A stretch of DNA of 64,000 nucleotides from a bacterium (GCA_021786295.1 JAJYNO010000033.1:1775-65774); one strand, 5' to 3'. Shown: positions 19,473-28,379, counted from the first letter of the stretch. Program-made: numbers and translations. Notes: generated by a model not told the origin, from the sequence alone.

Positions 19473-19547
19473 GCCCAGTTGGCGCAGTGGTAGCGCGTTC
19501 CCTTGACATGGGAAAGGTCATAGGTTCAAATCCTATACTGGGCACCA
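19473..19547 (+). tRNA. tRNA-Val (anticodon GAC), CCA encoded
   Basis: GCCCAGT/ACTGGGC acceptor stem, anticodon stem TTCCC/GGGAA with loop TTGACAT, T-arm ATAGGTTCAAATCCTAT, 3' ACCA. Confidence 0.9.
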
Positions 19548-19618
19548 GATTTAAAGCAGACAGGGCCCGTTAGAACCCGCTCCGGGTGCTGGCGGGCCTT
19601 GGACTTATAAAGGAAACC

Positions 19619-21373
19619 ATGGCTGACGAGAACAAGGAAGAGACACTGCACAAGATGCGCCACTCGCTGGCGCACGTGATGGCCCAGGCCGTAGCCGAGC
19701 TCTGGCCCGGCGTGAAGTTCGGCATAGGCCCCGCCATCGACAACGGCTTCTACTACGATTTCGACCTCGAGCACCACTTCACCCCCGAGGACCTGCCCCT
19801 CATCGAGAAGAAGATGAAGCACATCCTGGGCGCCGCGCAGAAGTTCGAGCGCGTGGAGCTGCCGCGCGCCGAGGCCCTTAAGCACTTCGAGGCCAAGGGC
19901 GAGAAGTACAAGGTGGAGCTCATCAACGACCTGCCCGAGGGCTCCGTGATCTCCGTCTACCGCAACGGCCCGTTCGAGGACCTCTGCAAGGGCCCGCACG
20001 TGGAGCACACCGGCAAGCTGAAGGCTTTCAAACTGACGCACGTGGCCGGCGCGTACTGGCGCGGCAGCGAGAAGAACGCCATGCTGCAGCGCATCTACGG
20101 CGTGGCTTTCGAGACGCCCGCCGAGCTCGACGCGTACCTCAAGCAGCAGGAAGAGGCCGCCCGCCGCGACCACCGCAAGCTCGGCCGCCAGCTGGACCTC
20201 TACAGCATCAACGAGACCGTCGGGCCGGGCCTCGTGCTCTGGCACCCCAACGGCGCCCGCATCCGCCACGAGATCGAGACCTTCTGGAAGGCGGAGCACT
20301 TCAAGGGCGGCTACGAGCTGGTGAACACGCCTCACATCGGCCGCGCCAACCTGTGGGAGACCTCCGGCCACCTCGGCTTCTACCGCGAGTCCATGTACGC
20401 GCCGATGAAGATCGACGACATCGAGTACTACGCCAAGCCGATGAACTGCCCTTTCCACATAGAGATCTACAAGGCCAACTCGCACAGCTACCGCGACCTG
20501 CCGCTGCGCTGGGCCGAGCTCGGCACGGTGTACCGCTTCGAGAAGGCCGGCGTGCTGCACGGCCTCATGCGCGTGCGCGGCTTCACGCAGGACGACGCCC
20601 ACCTGATCTGCACCCAGGAGCAGATGGAGTCCGAGGTCATAGAGGTGCTGCGCTTCAGCATGAACATCCTGCGCACTTTCGGCCTCAAGGACATCAAGGC
20701 CTACCTCGCCACCCGCCCCGAGGGCGCCGTCGGCGAGCAGGCCCTCTGGGAGGCCGCCCAGAAGAGCCTGAAGGCGGCCGCCGAGAAGGAAGGCGTGCCC
20801 GTGGAGCTCGACGAGGGCGGCGGCGCCTTCTACGGCCCCAAGATCGACCTCAAGGTCAAGGATTCCATCGGCCGCGAGTGGCAGATGAGCACCATCCAGT
20901 TCGACTTCAACGAGCCGGAGCGCTTCGGCATAGAGTACACCGGCGCCGACGGCGCCAAGCACCGCCCGTACATGATCCACCGCGCGCTGCTGGGCTCGCT
21001 CGAGCGCTTCTTCGGCATCATCATCGAGCACTACGCGGGCAACTTCCCGCTGTGGCTCGCCCCGGTGCAGATGAAGGTGCTCAATATCACGTCGGAGGAG
21101 GAAGGCTACGCCAGGGAAGTGGAGGCCAAACTGAAGGCCGCCGGCTTCCGCGTGAAGACCGACCTGCGCCCCGACACCATCAACGCCAAGGTGCGCGACG
21201 CCACCGTCCACAAGGTGCCGTACCTCGTGGTGGTCGGCAAGAAGGAGAAGGACGCCGGCACCGTCACCCTGCGCCTGCGCGGCAACAAGAGCGTCTTCAA
21301 CGTGAACCTGGAAGAGTTCATCGCGAAGACTAAGGAAGAGGCCGTCTCCCGCTCCCTCTCCGGAGCCTACTAA
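19619..21373 (+). CDS. thrS: Threonine--tRNA ligase (lacks the N-terminal TGS domain)
   Basis: 584 aa. It is collinear with E. coli ThrS from about residue 64 (RHSLAHVMAQAV..GPAIDNGFYYDFDL, HRKLGRQLDLY, KPMNCPFH, GFTQDDAHLIC, GAFYGPKID, MIHRALLGSLERF). Confidence 0.95.
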   Translation: MADENKEETLHKMRHSLAHVMAQAVAELWPGVKFGIGPAIDNGFYYDFDLEHHFTPEDLPLIEKKMKHILGAAQKFERVELPRAEALKHFEAKGEKYKVELINDLPEGSVISVYRNGPFEDLCKGPHVEHTGKLKAFKLTHVAGAYWRGSEKNAMLQRIYGVAFETPAELDAYLKQQEEAARRDHRKLGRQLDLYSINETVGPGLVLWHPNGARIRHEIETFWKAEHFKGGYELVNTPHIGRANLWETSGHLGFYRESMYAPMKIDDIEYYAKPMNCPFHIEIYKANSHSYRDLPLRWAELGTVYRFEKAGVLHGLMRVRGFTQDDAHLICTQEQMESEVIEVLRFSMNILRTFGLKDIKAYLATRPEGAVGEQALWEAAQKSLKAAAEKEGVPVELDEGGGAFYGPKIDLKVKDSIGREWQMSTIQFDFNEPERFGIEYTGADGAKHRPYMIHRALLGSLERFFGIIIEHYAGNFPLWLAPVQMKVLNITSEEEGYAREVEAKLKAAGFRVKTDLRPDTINAKVRDATVHKVPYLVVVGKKEKDAGTVTLRLRGNKSVFNVNLEEFIAKTKEEAVSRSLSGAY

Positions 21374-21421
21374 AAAGGGGACAGGCTACTTTTTTCTCAA
21401 AAAAGTAGCCTGTCTTTTTTT
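21372..21421. repeat. REPIN-like inverted doublet acting as the thrS terminator (3' arm truncated)
   Basis: AAAAAGGGGACAGGCTACTTTTTT-CTC-AAAAAAGTAGCCTGTC-TTTTTTT starts at the thrS stop codon. Confidence 0.85.
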
Positions 21422-21464
21422 GTCTCCACGACAGGCCCTTGTCGGGTTCGCCTGCTAGAATAAG

Positions 21465-21481
21465 GGGGACAGGCTACTTTT
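21465..21481 (+). repeat. Single REP-like unit (GGGGACAGGCTACTTTT), left flank of the RAYT gene
   Basis: Exact core match 52 nt upstream of the RAYT start. Confidence 0.85.
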
Positions 21482-21532
21482 CGCCACGCTTTTCTCCGGC
21501 CTGCTATCCTGCGCCGTAAACAAGGGGGGCGT

Positions 21533-22234
21533 ATGCCGAGAATACGCAGAGGTCTGGGGGACGACCAACTCTACCACGTTATCAACCGCGGCAACGGCCG
21601 CGCGCGCGTTTTCCACAAGGAGGAGGACTATTCCGCCTTCGCCGGCCTGCTCGGCGAGGCCGCAACGCGCTATCCCGTGCGCCTCTTCGCCTACTGCCTG
21701 ATGCCGAACCACTTCCACCTCCTCGTAAGTCCCCACCAGGCCCACCAGCTCAGTCAGTGGATGCAGTGGCTCATGACGGCCCATGTCCGCCGGTACCGCG
21801 CCCATTACGGCGGCTCCGGGCATATCTGGCAGGGGCGCTACAAGGGCTTCCTAATCCAGGGGGACGCGCATCTGCTGGCCGTGGCCCGCTATGTGGAGGG
21901 CAATTCGGTGCGGGGCGGCCTTGCGCCGTCGGCGGCTGCCTGGCCATGGTCGTCGCACAACGAGACCATCGGCGCCGGCCCGCGCGCTCTCACGGAGCCC
22001 CTGCCTACGGAACTCCCGCCTAACTGGACGGCGTACGTGGACACCCCTATCAGCGAGGCCGAACTCCGCAAGATGCGGGAGAGCGTCCGGCGGCAGACGC
22101 CTTACGGTGACGACTCATGGCAAAAGAGCGTCTCCATTGCCTATCATCTTGAGTCCACGCTCCATCCTCAGGGCCGGCCCAGGAAGGAGCTGCCGGTCGA
22201 GTCGCGCGAGCCTTTAAGCCTGCCTCTGGCATGA
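21533..22234 (+). CDS. REP-associated tyrosine transposase (RAYT; IS200/IS605-like Y1 HUH transposase, COG1943)
   Basis: 233 aa with YHVINRGN, an intact HUH motif in YCLMPNHFHLLV, the catalytic Tyr context GHIWQGRYKGF, and ARYVEGNSVRGGL...WPWSS. Confidence 0.8.
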   Translation: MPRIRRGLGDDQLYHVINRGNGRARVFHKEEDYSAFAGLLGEAATRYPVRLFAYCLMPNHFHLLVSPHQAHQLSQWMQWLMTAHVRRYRAHYGGSGHIWQGRYKGFLIQGDAHLLAVARYVEGNSVRGGLAPSAAAWPWSSHNETIGAGPRALTEPLPTELPPNWTAYVDTPISEAELRKMRESVRRQTPYGDDSWQKSVSIAYHLESTLHPQGRPRKELPVESREPLSLPLA

Positions 22235-22344
22235 CTCTAAGCGGGTACTGACCGAATCCGGCCGGTGCTCAGCCGGGGGCGCAGGCTGATTTTATACGGC
22301 CTTTATGCGAGCATTGCCAGGCCTTTATCCGGCCTTTAGCCTTG

Positions 22345-22407
22345 AAAAGTAGCCTGTCCCCGTTTTTCCCCCTACTAGAGCTGGTGCTAAAAAAGTAGCC
22401 TGTCCCC
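22345..22407 (-). repeat. Direct doublet of REP-like units in minus orientation (right flank of the RAYT gene)
   Basis: AAAAGTAGCCTGTCCCC at 22345-22361 and AAAAAAGTAGCCTGTCCCC at 22389-22407. Confidence 0.85.
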
Positions 22408-22418
22408 TTTTTTCTTAC

Positions 22419-22424
22419 TATAAT
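22419..22424 (+). promoter_or_regulatory. -10 hexamer upstream of the polysaccharide export gene
   Basis: Perfect TATAAT 12 nt after the REP unit and 45 nt upstream of the ATG at 22469. Confidence 0.4.
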
Positions 22425-22468
22425 GATGTCTATATGGGGGGCGGCAATAGATATGGATATGGAGATTT

Positions 22469-24628
22469 ATGGCTAGGATAATATTTTCGATCCTACTTTT
22501 GGCGCAGGCGGCGGCGCCGGCTATGGCCATGCCCGCGCTCAGTCAGGACCAGCAGAACCTGCTGCAGCAGGCCCAGCAGTCCGGCCTCATGGGCGACCAG
22601 TTCCAGACCCCGTCGCTCGACCAGCAGCCGGCCGCCGGCGGCCAGTTCCAGTCCCAGCTCCAGTCCCGCTTCAGCGGCCAGTCCCGGCTCCAGGGCCAGC
22701 CCCAGCCCGTCCCGCAGCGCCAGCCCCTTCCGCCCGAGGTCTCCCAGTACGAGCTCTTCGTCTCCTCCAACGGCGGCCCGCAGATAAGCCAGTTCGGCTA
22801 CGACTTCTTCAACAGCCCGCCGTCCACCTTCGCCCCGGCCGACAACGTCCCCGTCACGCCGGACTACGTCGTCGCCCCGGGCGACGGCCTCGAGCTCACC
22901 CTCACCGGCCGCGTGCAGGGCAACTGGGACCTCACCGTCAACCGCGACGGCTCGGTCGACATCCCCCGCGTTGGCCCCGTCCCCGTGGCCGGCACCCAGT
23001 TCAAGGACCTCAAGGACGTGCTCACCCGCGCGGTGGGCCGCTACTACACCGGCTTCAGCCTGGACGTCAGCATGGGCCGCCTGCGCTCCATCCGCGTCTA
23101 CGTGGTGGGAGAGGCCCGCGTGCCCGGCGCCTACACCGTCAGCTCGCTGGCCACCATGGTCAACGCCCTGTTCGCGGCCGGCGGCCCCAGCAAGACCGGC
23201 ACCATGCGCGACATCCAGCTCAAGCGCAACGGCAAGTTAATCTCCACCCTCGACCTCTACGACCTGCTGCTCGACGGCGACAAGAGCAAGGACGCCCGCC
23301 TGGTCAACGAGGACGTCATTTTCATCCCGCCCGTGGGCCCGCTGGCCGGCATCTCCGGGGACGTCAAGCGCCCCGGCATCTACGAGCTCTCCGGCGAGAC
23401 CCGCCTCACCGACCTCATCGCCATGGCCGGCGGCTTCACCACCACCGCCTTCCGCGGCCGCGTGGGCATGCAGCGCATAGTGGACCACCGCTTCCGCGAC
23501 TATTTCAACGGCGACCTGGCCGACATCAAGACCGACCCGCAGAAGAACATCCCCCTGCGCGACGGCGACCTGGTCAGCGTGCAGCCCATCTTCGACAAGG
23601 ACACCGCCGTCAGCGTGGACGGCGCCGTGGCCTACCCCGGCAAGTACGGCGTGCAGGCCGGCGTCACCACGCTGGCCGACATCATAAAGCTCTCCGGCGG
23701 CCTGCTGGACTACGCCTCGGACGACGCCGAGATCACCCGCGTGCGCCTCTCCACCTCCGGCGTGGTCACCACCCGCTTCGACGCGGACCTCGCCCCCATA
23801 AAGAGCGGCGCCGAGCCCGTCCCCTTCTACATGCAGCCCAACGACCACGTAATGGTGAAGCCCATCCCGGACCACACGCTCTACACCATGGTCAAGGTCT
23901 CCGGCGAGGTGCTCTACCCCGGCACCTACCCCGTGCAGCAGGGCGAGCGGCTCTCCTCCGTGCTCGCGCGCGCGGGCGGCTTCTCGCCGCGGGCCTACCC
24001 GCAGGGGGTGGTCTTCATCCGCAAGAGCGCGCAGGCCCAGCAGCAGAAGAACCTGGACGAAATCGCCCAGCGCCTGCAGAAGGAGCTGCTGGTGGAGGGC
24101 TCGTCCGGCGCGCAGACCGCCCTCTCCCCGGACGAAGTGGCCGCCAACAAGGCCGCCACCGAGGCCAAGCAGAAGTTCGTGGACACCCTCAAGAACCTCA
24201 AGGCGCAGGGCCGCGTGTACATAAAGCTCACCACCCTCAGGGCGCTCAAAGGTTCCCCTTACGACATCCAGCTGGAGGAGGGCGACGCCATCACCATCCC
24301 GCAGCGCTCCAACGTGGTCAACGTCACCGGCGCGGTAATGGCGCAGGGCAGCTACGTCTACGACAAGCACAGCTACCGCAGCTACGTAAAGATGGCCGGC
24401 GGCTACGCGGACTACGCCCAGCCCGGCAAGACCTTCATCCTGCGGGCCGACGGCAGCGCGTCCCCCACGCACAACAACCTCTTCTGGAGCACCCGCGTGG
24501 GCCCCGGCGACACCGTGGTGGTGCCGGAGCAGTTCGACCGCGTGGCCTGGCTGCGCGAGGTGCGCGACATAAGCCAGATCCTGGTCAACGTGGCCCTTAT
24601 GGCCGGCGTGGTCATAAAGGTGTTCTAA
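22469..24628 (+). CDS. Polysaccharide export protein (Wza-like Poly_export domain plus multiple SLBB domains)
   Basis: Signal peptide, a Gln-rich linker, the Poly_export motif YVVAPGDGLELTLTGRV...NRDGSVDIPRVGPVPVAGT, repeated SLBB-like modules (V.V.G.V..PG.Y) and a C-terminal hydrophobic helix. Confidence 0.85.
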   Translation: MARIIFSILLLAQAAAPAMAMPALSQDQQNLLQQAQQSGLMGDQFQTPSLDQQPAAGGQFQSQLQSRFSGQSRLQGQPQPVPQRQPLPPEVSQYELFVSSNGGPQISQFGYDFFNSPPSTFAPADNVPVTPDYVVAPGDGLELTLTGRVQGNWDLTVNRDGSVDIPRVGPVPVAGTQFKDLKDVLTRAVGRYYTGFSLDVSMGRLRSIRVYVVGEARVPGAYTVSSLATMVNALFAAGGPSKTGTMRDIQLKRNGKLISTLDLYDLLLDGDKSKDARLVNEDVIFIPPVGPLAGISGDVKRPGIYELSGETRLTDLIAMAGGFTTTAFRGRVGMQRIVDHRFRDYFNGDLADIKTDPQKNIPLRDGDLVSVQPIFDKDTAVSVDGAVAYPGKYGVQAGVTTLADIIKLSGGLLDYASDDAEITRVRLSTSGVVTTRFDADLAPIKSGAEPVPFYMQPNDHVMVKPIPDHTLYTMVKVSGEVLYPGTYPVQQGERLSSVLARAGGFSPRAYPQGVVFIRKSAQAQQQKNLDEIAQRLQKELLVEGSSGAQTALSPDEVAANKAATEAKQKFVDTLKNLKAQGRVYIKLTTLRALKGSPYDIQLEEGDAITIPQRSNVVNVTGAVMAQGSYVYDKHSYRSYVKMAGGYADYAQPGKTFILRADGSASPTHNNLFWSTRVGPGDTVVVPEQFDRVAWLREVRDISQILVNVALMAGVVIKVF

Positions 24629-24643
24629 AAACGTCATAACGCT

Positions 24644-24952
24644 ATGCACTTGAAGCATTATCCGGTGGAAAAGCTCAGGGCGGACCTGCTCAAGATAGTC
24701 GGCCGCCGCCTGGACCTGGCTGAATACCGCCTTTTTTTCTTCGGCTCGCGCGTAACAGGGAAGGGGGACGACCGTTCCGACATAGACGTGGGCGTTGAGG
24801 GGCCGGCGCCGGTCCCGCCGGAACCGCTGCAGGCCATAAAGGACGACTTGCAGAACCTGCCGACGGTCTACAAAATAGACCTCGTGGACTTTTCCTCGGT
24901 CCCGGAAGATTTTAAAAAAGTGGCCCTTGCTAAAATAGAGGTAATAAAATGA
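24644..24952 (+). CDS. Minimal nucleotidyltransferase (MNT) of a HEPN/MNT toxin-antitoxin pair
   Basis: 102 aa with the pol-beta NTase motif GSRVTGKGDDRSDIDVGV. Confidence 0.8.
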   Translation: MHLKHYPVEKLRADLLKIVGRRLDLAEYRLFFFGSRVTGKGDDRSDIDVGVEGPAPVPPEPLQAIKDDLQNLPTVYKIDLVDFSSVPEDFKKVALAKIEVIK

Positions 24953-25335
24953 CCAAGCAGGACGCCCAGCAGGCGCAATTAAAGCGCGCCCTGTCCCGCC
25001 TTAACGAGGTCCTTGCCGCGCCGGAAAGCGATATCGTGCGCGACTCGGCCATACAGCGTTTTGAGTTCTCCATGGACATGGCCTGGAAACTGCTGAAGAC
25101 CTGCCTTGAAGAGCGCTACGGGGTGGTTTGCCAGTCGCCCAAGGAATGTTTCAGGGAAGCTTACCGCCAAAAAATGCTGTCCTACGACGAATTCTGGCTG
25201 GAGCTCGTGGACATGCGCAACCAGACCTCGCATACTTACAAGGAGGACCTGGCCAAAAGCGTCTTCGCGCGCCTTCCCAGGGCCGCAGAGTATCTCCAGG
25301 ACCTTTTAAAGATAATAGAGGCGCAGCCTAAATAA
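24949..25335 (+). CDS. HEPN-domain protein (HI0074-type nucleotidyltransferase substrate-binding subunit)
   Basis: 128 aa with the AIQRFEFSMDMAWKLLK pattern and the Rx4H motif RNQTSH. It overlaps the MNT gene by 4 nt. Confidence 0.8.
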   Translation: MTKQDAQQAQLKRALSRLNEVLAAPESDIVRDSAIQRFEFSMDMAWKLLKTCLEERYGVVCQSPKECFREAYRQKMLSYDEFWLELVDMRNQTSHTYKEDLAKSVFARLPRAAEYLQDLLKIIEAQPK

Positions 25336-25360
25336 ACCAGCCTTCTCAGCCGGCAAAACC

Positions 25361-26635
25361 ATGACCGACCAACACCCCGCCCCCCAGGAAGACGAAATAA
25401 ACCTGCTGGACTACGTCATCGTCGTCCTGAAGCACAAGGAATTCATCATCAAGACCACGCTGGCCGCCATGGCGCTGGCCGCTGTAGTCTCCCTGGTCAT
25501 CCCTCCCACCTACCAGGCCGAAACCAAGATCCTGCCGCCCTCCGGCGGCGGCTCCAGCATGGCCTCCCTGATGATGGCTCAGATGGGGGGATTGGGCTTT
25601 CCGCAGGGCGCTTTTTTTGGAAAAACCAATGACGACTTGTACGTTTCTCTTCTTGTAACACGTCCAGTTGAAGATTACGTAATAGACAAGTTCGGTCTGA
25701 TGAATGAATATGGAGCCACGCGCCGGGACCTTGTCCGTCAGAAACTTGCAGATAATCTTACTACTTCGATTGACAGGAAAAGCGGGATAGTAACTTTAGG
25801 TTTTACGTCCAGAAGTCCGCAGCAGGCGGCAGACATCGACAATGCCTTTGTGGAAGGTTTACAAAATCTCAATAATAATTTGGCGTTGACCGATGCGGCT
25901 CAACGGCGGTTGTTCTTTGAAGAACAGCTCAAAATAGCCCGGGATAAGCTCGTTGCCTCAGAGAACGCGCTTAAGTCCTTCCAGCAGCGCACCGGCACCA
26001 TAAAACTTGACGATGAGGCTAAGGCCGCCGTGGAGAACATCGCGCAGTTGCGCGCCCAGGTCACAGCCAAAGAAGTGCAGATAAGCGCCATGCGCGCCTA
26101 TGCTACTACCGACAACCCGGATCTCCAGCGCCTGCAGGATGAAGCTGCCGCATTAAGGGGCGAGCTTGCCAAGATGGAATCTCGCGGCCAAGCCGGCGAC
26201 GGCCCCGTGTCTAGCGTGGGTAACATCAGTTCCCTGAGCACTGAATACCTGAGCCGCATGCGCGACTACAAATACAAGGAATCTCTTTACGAGATACTGC
26301 TTAAGCAGCTTGAAGCCGCCAAACTGGACGAGTCGCGTGATGCCGCGCTTATCCAGATTGTGGAAAAAGCAGAGGTTCCCCAGATTAAGGCGGCACCTTC
26401 CAGGCGAAAAATGGTGATAAACGCCGGCATAGTCGTATTCTTCGTTTCAATACTTTTTGTTCTCTTCCGAGATTCATGGCGCAATATTGATAGGAACAGC
26501 GAACTCTGGCATAAGATAGACAATCTTTCCTTGTATCTTGATTTTGACAACCTGCTTAGAGATCTGCATCTGAGTTTTGTGGTGGAGCAATGCGCTAGAG
26601 CCGTGGCCTGGTTAAAAGGAAAATTCAGTGTGTAG
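25361..26635 (+). CDS. Wzz-type polysaccharide co-polymerase / chain-length determinant (no kinase domain)
   Basis: 424 aa with the N-terminal Wzz motif EINLLDYVIVVLKHKEFIIKTTL plus TM, a long coiled-coil periplasmic region, and a second TM after the motif PSRRKMVINAGIVVFFV. Confidence 0.8.
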   Translation: MTDQHPAPQEDEINLLDYVIVVLKHKEFIIKTTLAAMALAAVVSLVIPPTYQAETKILPPSGGGSSMASLMMAQMGGLGFPQGAFFGKTNDDLYVSLLVTRPVEDYVIDKFGLMNEYGATRRDLVRQKLADNLTTSIDRKSGIVTLGFTSRSPQQAADIDNAFVEGLQNLNNNLALTDAAQRRLFFEEQLKIARDKLVASENALKSFQQRTGTIKLDDEAKAAVENIAQLRAQVTAKEVQISAMRAYATTDNPDLQRLQDEAAALRGELAKMESRGQAGDGPVSSVGNISSLSTEYLSRMRDYKYKESLYEILLKQLEAAKLDESRDAALIQIVEKAEVPQIKAAPSRRKMVINAGIVVFFVSILFVLFRDSWRNIDRNSELWHKIDNLSLYLDFDNLLRDLHLSFVVEQCARAVAWLKGKFSV

Positions 26636-28379
26636 AATATGCGGGTTGATAGACTTCTCCGGCAAATTGCCGGTAGAGACTTCTGTTATCACGATGCGGG
26701 ACTCCATGTCCCGCGGCGGACCTGACGATGCCGGCATTTTCGTGGACGGCAGGGTCGGTCTCGGCCATCGCCGGCTGTCCATAATAGACCTTTCTCCAGG
26801 CGGCCATCAGCCGATGAAAGCTACTTCACGCGCTGTCTGGCTGACGTTTAACGGTGAGATTTACAACTTCCGGGAATTAAAAAAAGAACTTTCCAGCCTT
26901 GGTCACGTCTTTAATTCCACTTCGGACACAGAGGTGCTGCTAAATTCATATCTGCAGTGGGGCGAGGCGGCTTTCGGCAAGTTCATCGGGATGTTCTCGT
27001 TCGCCATTTATGATAGAGATAAGTCGCTTTTTTATCTTGTCCGCGACCACGCTGGCATAAAGCCGCTCTATTATTCCATAGATGAGGAAAAACTTGTTTT
27101 TGCTTCTGAAGTAAGGGCTATAAAGAAACTAAATCCTGACTGGCCAGAAAATTCAGCTTGGCGGGTCTTGTTCTTGGCTTTCGGTCATCTCCCAGCACCA
27201 TATACTACCCTTAAGAATGTTTTAACGCTTCCTAAACAGAGTTTTTTTAGGCTTGACCTGTCTTCTCGCAAGTCGGAAATAAAAGGATATCAAGCTCCAT
27301 TATTCTCTCCGATAAACTCTTTGGATGCAGCGGTTAATTCTATCCGTGAAGAATTCCCCGCCGCTATTACGCGCCACCTGATATCCGATGCTCCAATAGG
27401 CGTTTTCCTGAGCGGAGGGGTAGACTCAAGTCTTATCGCGTCCCTCGCTCATAGAGTTCACGGTGATAATCTCCGGACTCTTTCCATTGTTTTTAATGAG
27501 CAGGCGTATTCGGAAGAAAAATATCAGAAGATAGTGACGGACAAGTTAAAGTGCCATCACGAGTCGTTTCTTGTAACAGAGAAAGATTTCCTGGAGTCCT
27601 TGCCTGATATCTTTTCAGCCATGGATCAACCAAGCTCGGATGGGGTAAATACATATTTCATCTCTAAGTTCGCCCGCAATGCTGGGCTTAAGGCTGTACT
27701 GTCCGGGTTGGGCGCAGATGAAATGTTTGGCGGTTACGCTTCGTTTACGCGCATTGGGAAGCTGTCTGCCGTAAAGCGCTTTCCTCGTCTTGCTGGTTTT
27801 GCCGGAAGCCTCGCCGGAGGTAAGTTCAACCGGCTCTCTTATATGTCCACGGAGGGAAATTCAGGTGTATATTTGACCCTTAGGGGAATTTTTACGGGGC
27901 AAGAGATATCCAGATTATTGGATATGGACGTTTCTGAAATCCACAAACTTGTAGGTAAGATAGACTTTCAGGAGCCTGAAACCATTGGCGCACAATATGC
28001 CAGTCGTATGGAAACCGATCTCTACATGCACAACCAGCTTCTGAAAGATACGGATTGTATGAGCATGTGGCATTCCCTGGAGATACGCGTCCCATTTTTA
28101 GATACTCGATTTGCCGGTATAGTATCTTCTGTCAATCCTGCAATAAAGTTTCATGCATCTACCCCTAAAAGTTTGCTGTTAAAGTCGTTTTCGCAACAAT
28201 TGCCTAAAGAATTGTATACGCGTCCAAAAATGGGGTTCACTTTCCCTTTTAATGATTGGATCGCGAATAACCCAACTGTTTTTGGCGGTATTGACAATGC
28301 CTCCTCCGGACATTGGTCTAAGGTATGGACGGCATATGTTTTGAAGGTGTTTCCTGCCGGAAACAAGCCAATTGCTTAA
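26628..28379 (+). CDS. Asparagine synthase (glutamine-hydrolysing) family amidotransferase
   Basis: 583 aa with an N-terminal nucleophile Cys (MC...), TSDTEVLLNSY, and the PP-loop FLSGGVDSSLIA. Confidence 0.85.
   Translation: MCRICGLIDFSGKLPVETSVITMRDSMSRGGPDDAGIFVDGRVGLGHRRLSIIDLSPGGHQPMKATSRAVWLTFNGEIYNFRELKKELSSLGHVFNSTSDTEVLLNSYLQWGEAAFGKFIGMFSFAIYDRDKSLFYLVRDHAGIKPLYYSIDEEKLVFASEVRAIKKLNPDWPENSAWRVLFLAFGHLPAPYTTLKNVLTLPKQSFFRLDLSSRKSEIKGYQAPLFSPINSLDAAVNSIREEFPAAITRHLISDAPIGVFLSGGVDSSLIASLAHRVHGDNLRTLSIVFNEQAYSEEKYQKIVTDKLKCHHESFLVTEKDFLESLPDIFSAMDQPSSDGVNTYFISKFARNAGLKAVLSGLGADEMFGGYASFTRIGKLSAVKRFPRLAGFAGSLAGGKFNRLSYMSTEGNSGVYLTLRGIFTGQEISRLLDMDVSEIHKLVGKIDFQEPETIGAQYASRMETDLYMHNQLLKDTDCMSMWHSLEIRVPFLDTRFAGIVSSVNPAIKFHASTPKSLLLKSFSQQLPKELYTRPKMGFTFPFNDWIANNPTVFGGIDNASSGHWSKVWTAYVLKVFPAGNKPIA

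Larger units (their letters stand above)
21465..22407 (+). mobile_element. RAYT gene bracketed by inverted REP-like units (REP/RAYT unit)
   Basis: The + oriented unit at 21465-21481 and the - oriented units at 22345-22361 and 22389-22407 flank the Y1 transposase gene. Confidence 0.55.

Noticed and set aside
26628-26645. Odd N-terminus of the AsnB-like protein (GTG-TGT-AGA-ATA-TGC giving MCRICG instead of the usual MCG), considered as a mis-called or non-canonical ATA start
   Set aside because: The GTG start already places a Cys at position 2, as Ntn amidotransferases require, and it overlaps the wzz stop in a typical coupled arrangement. There is no evidence for an ATA start.
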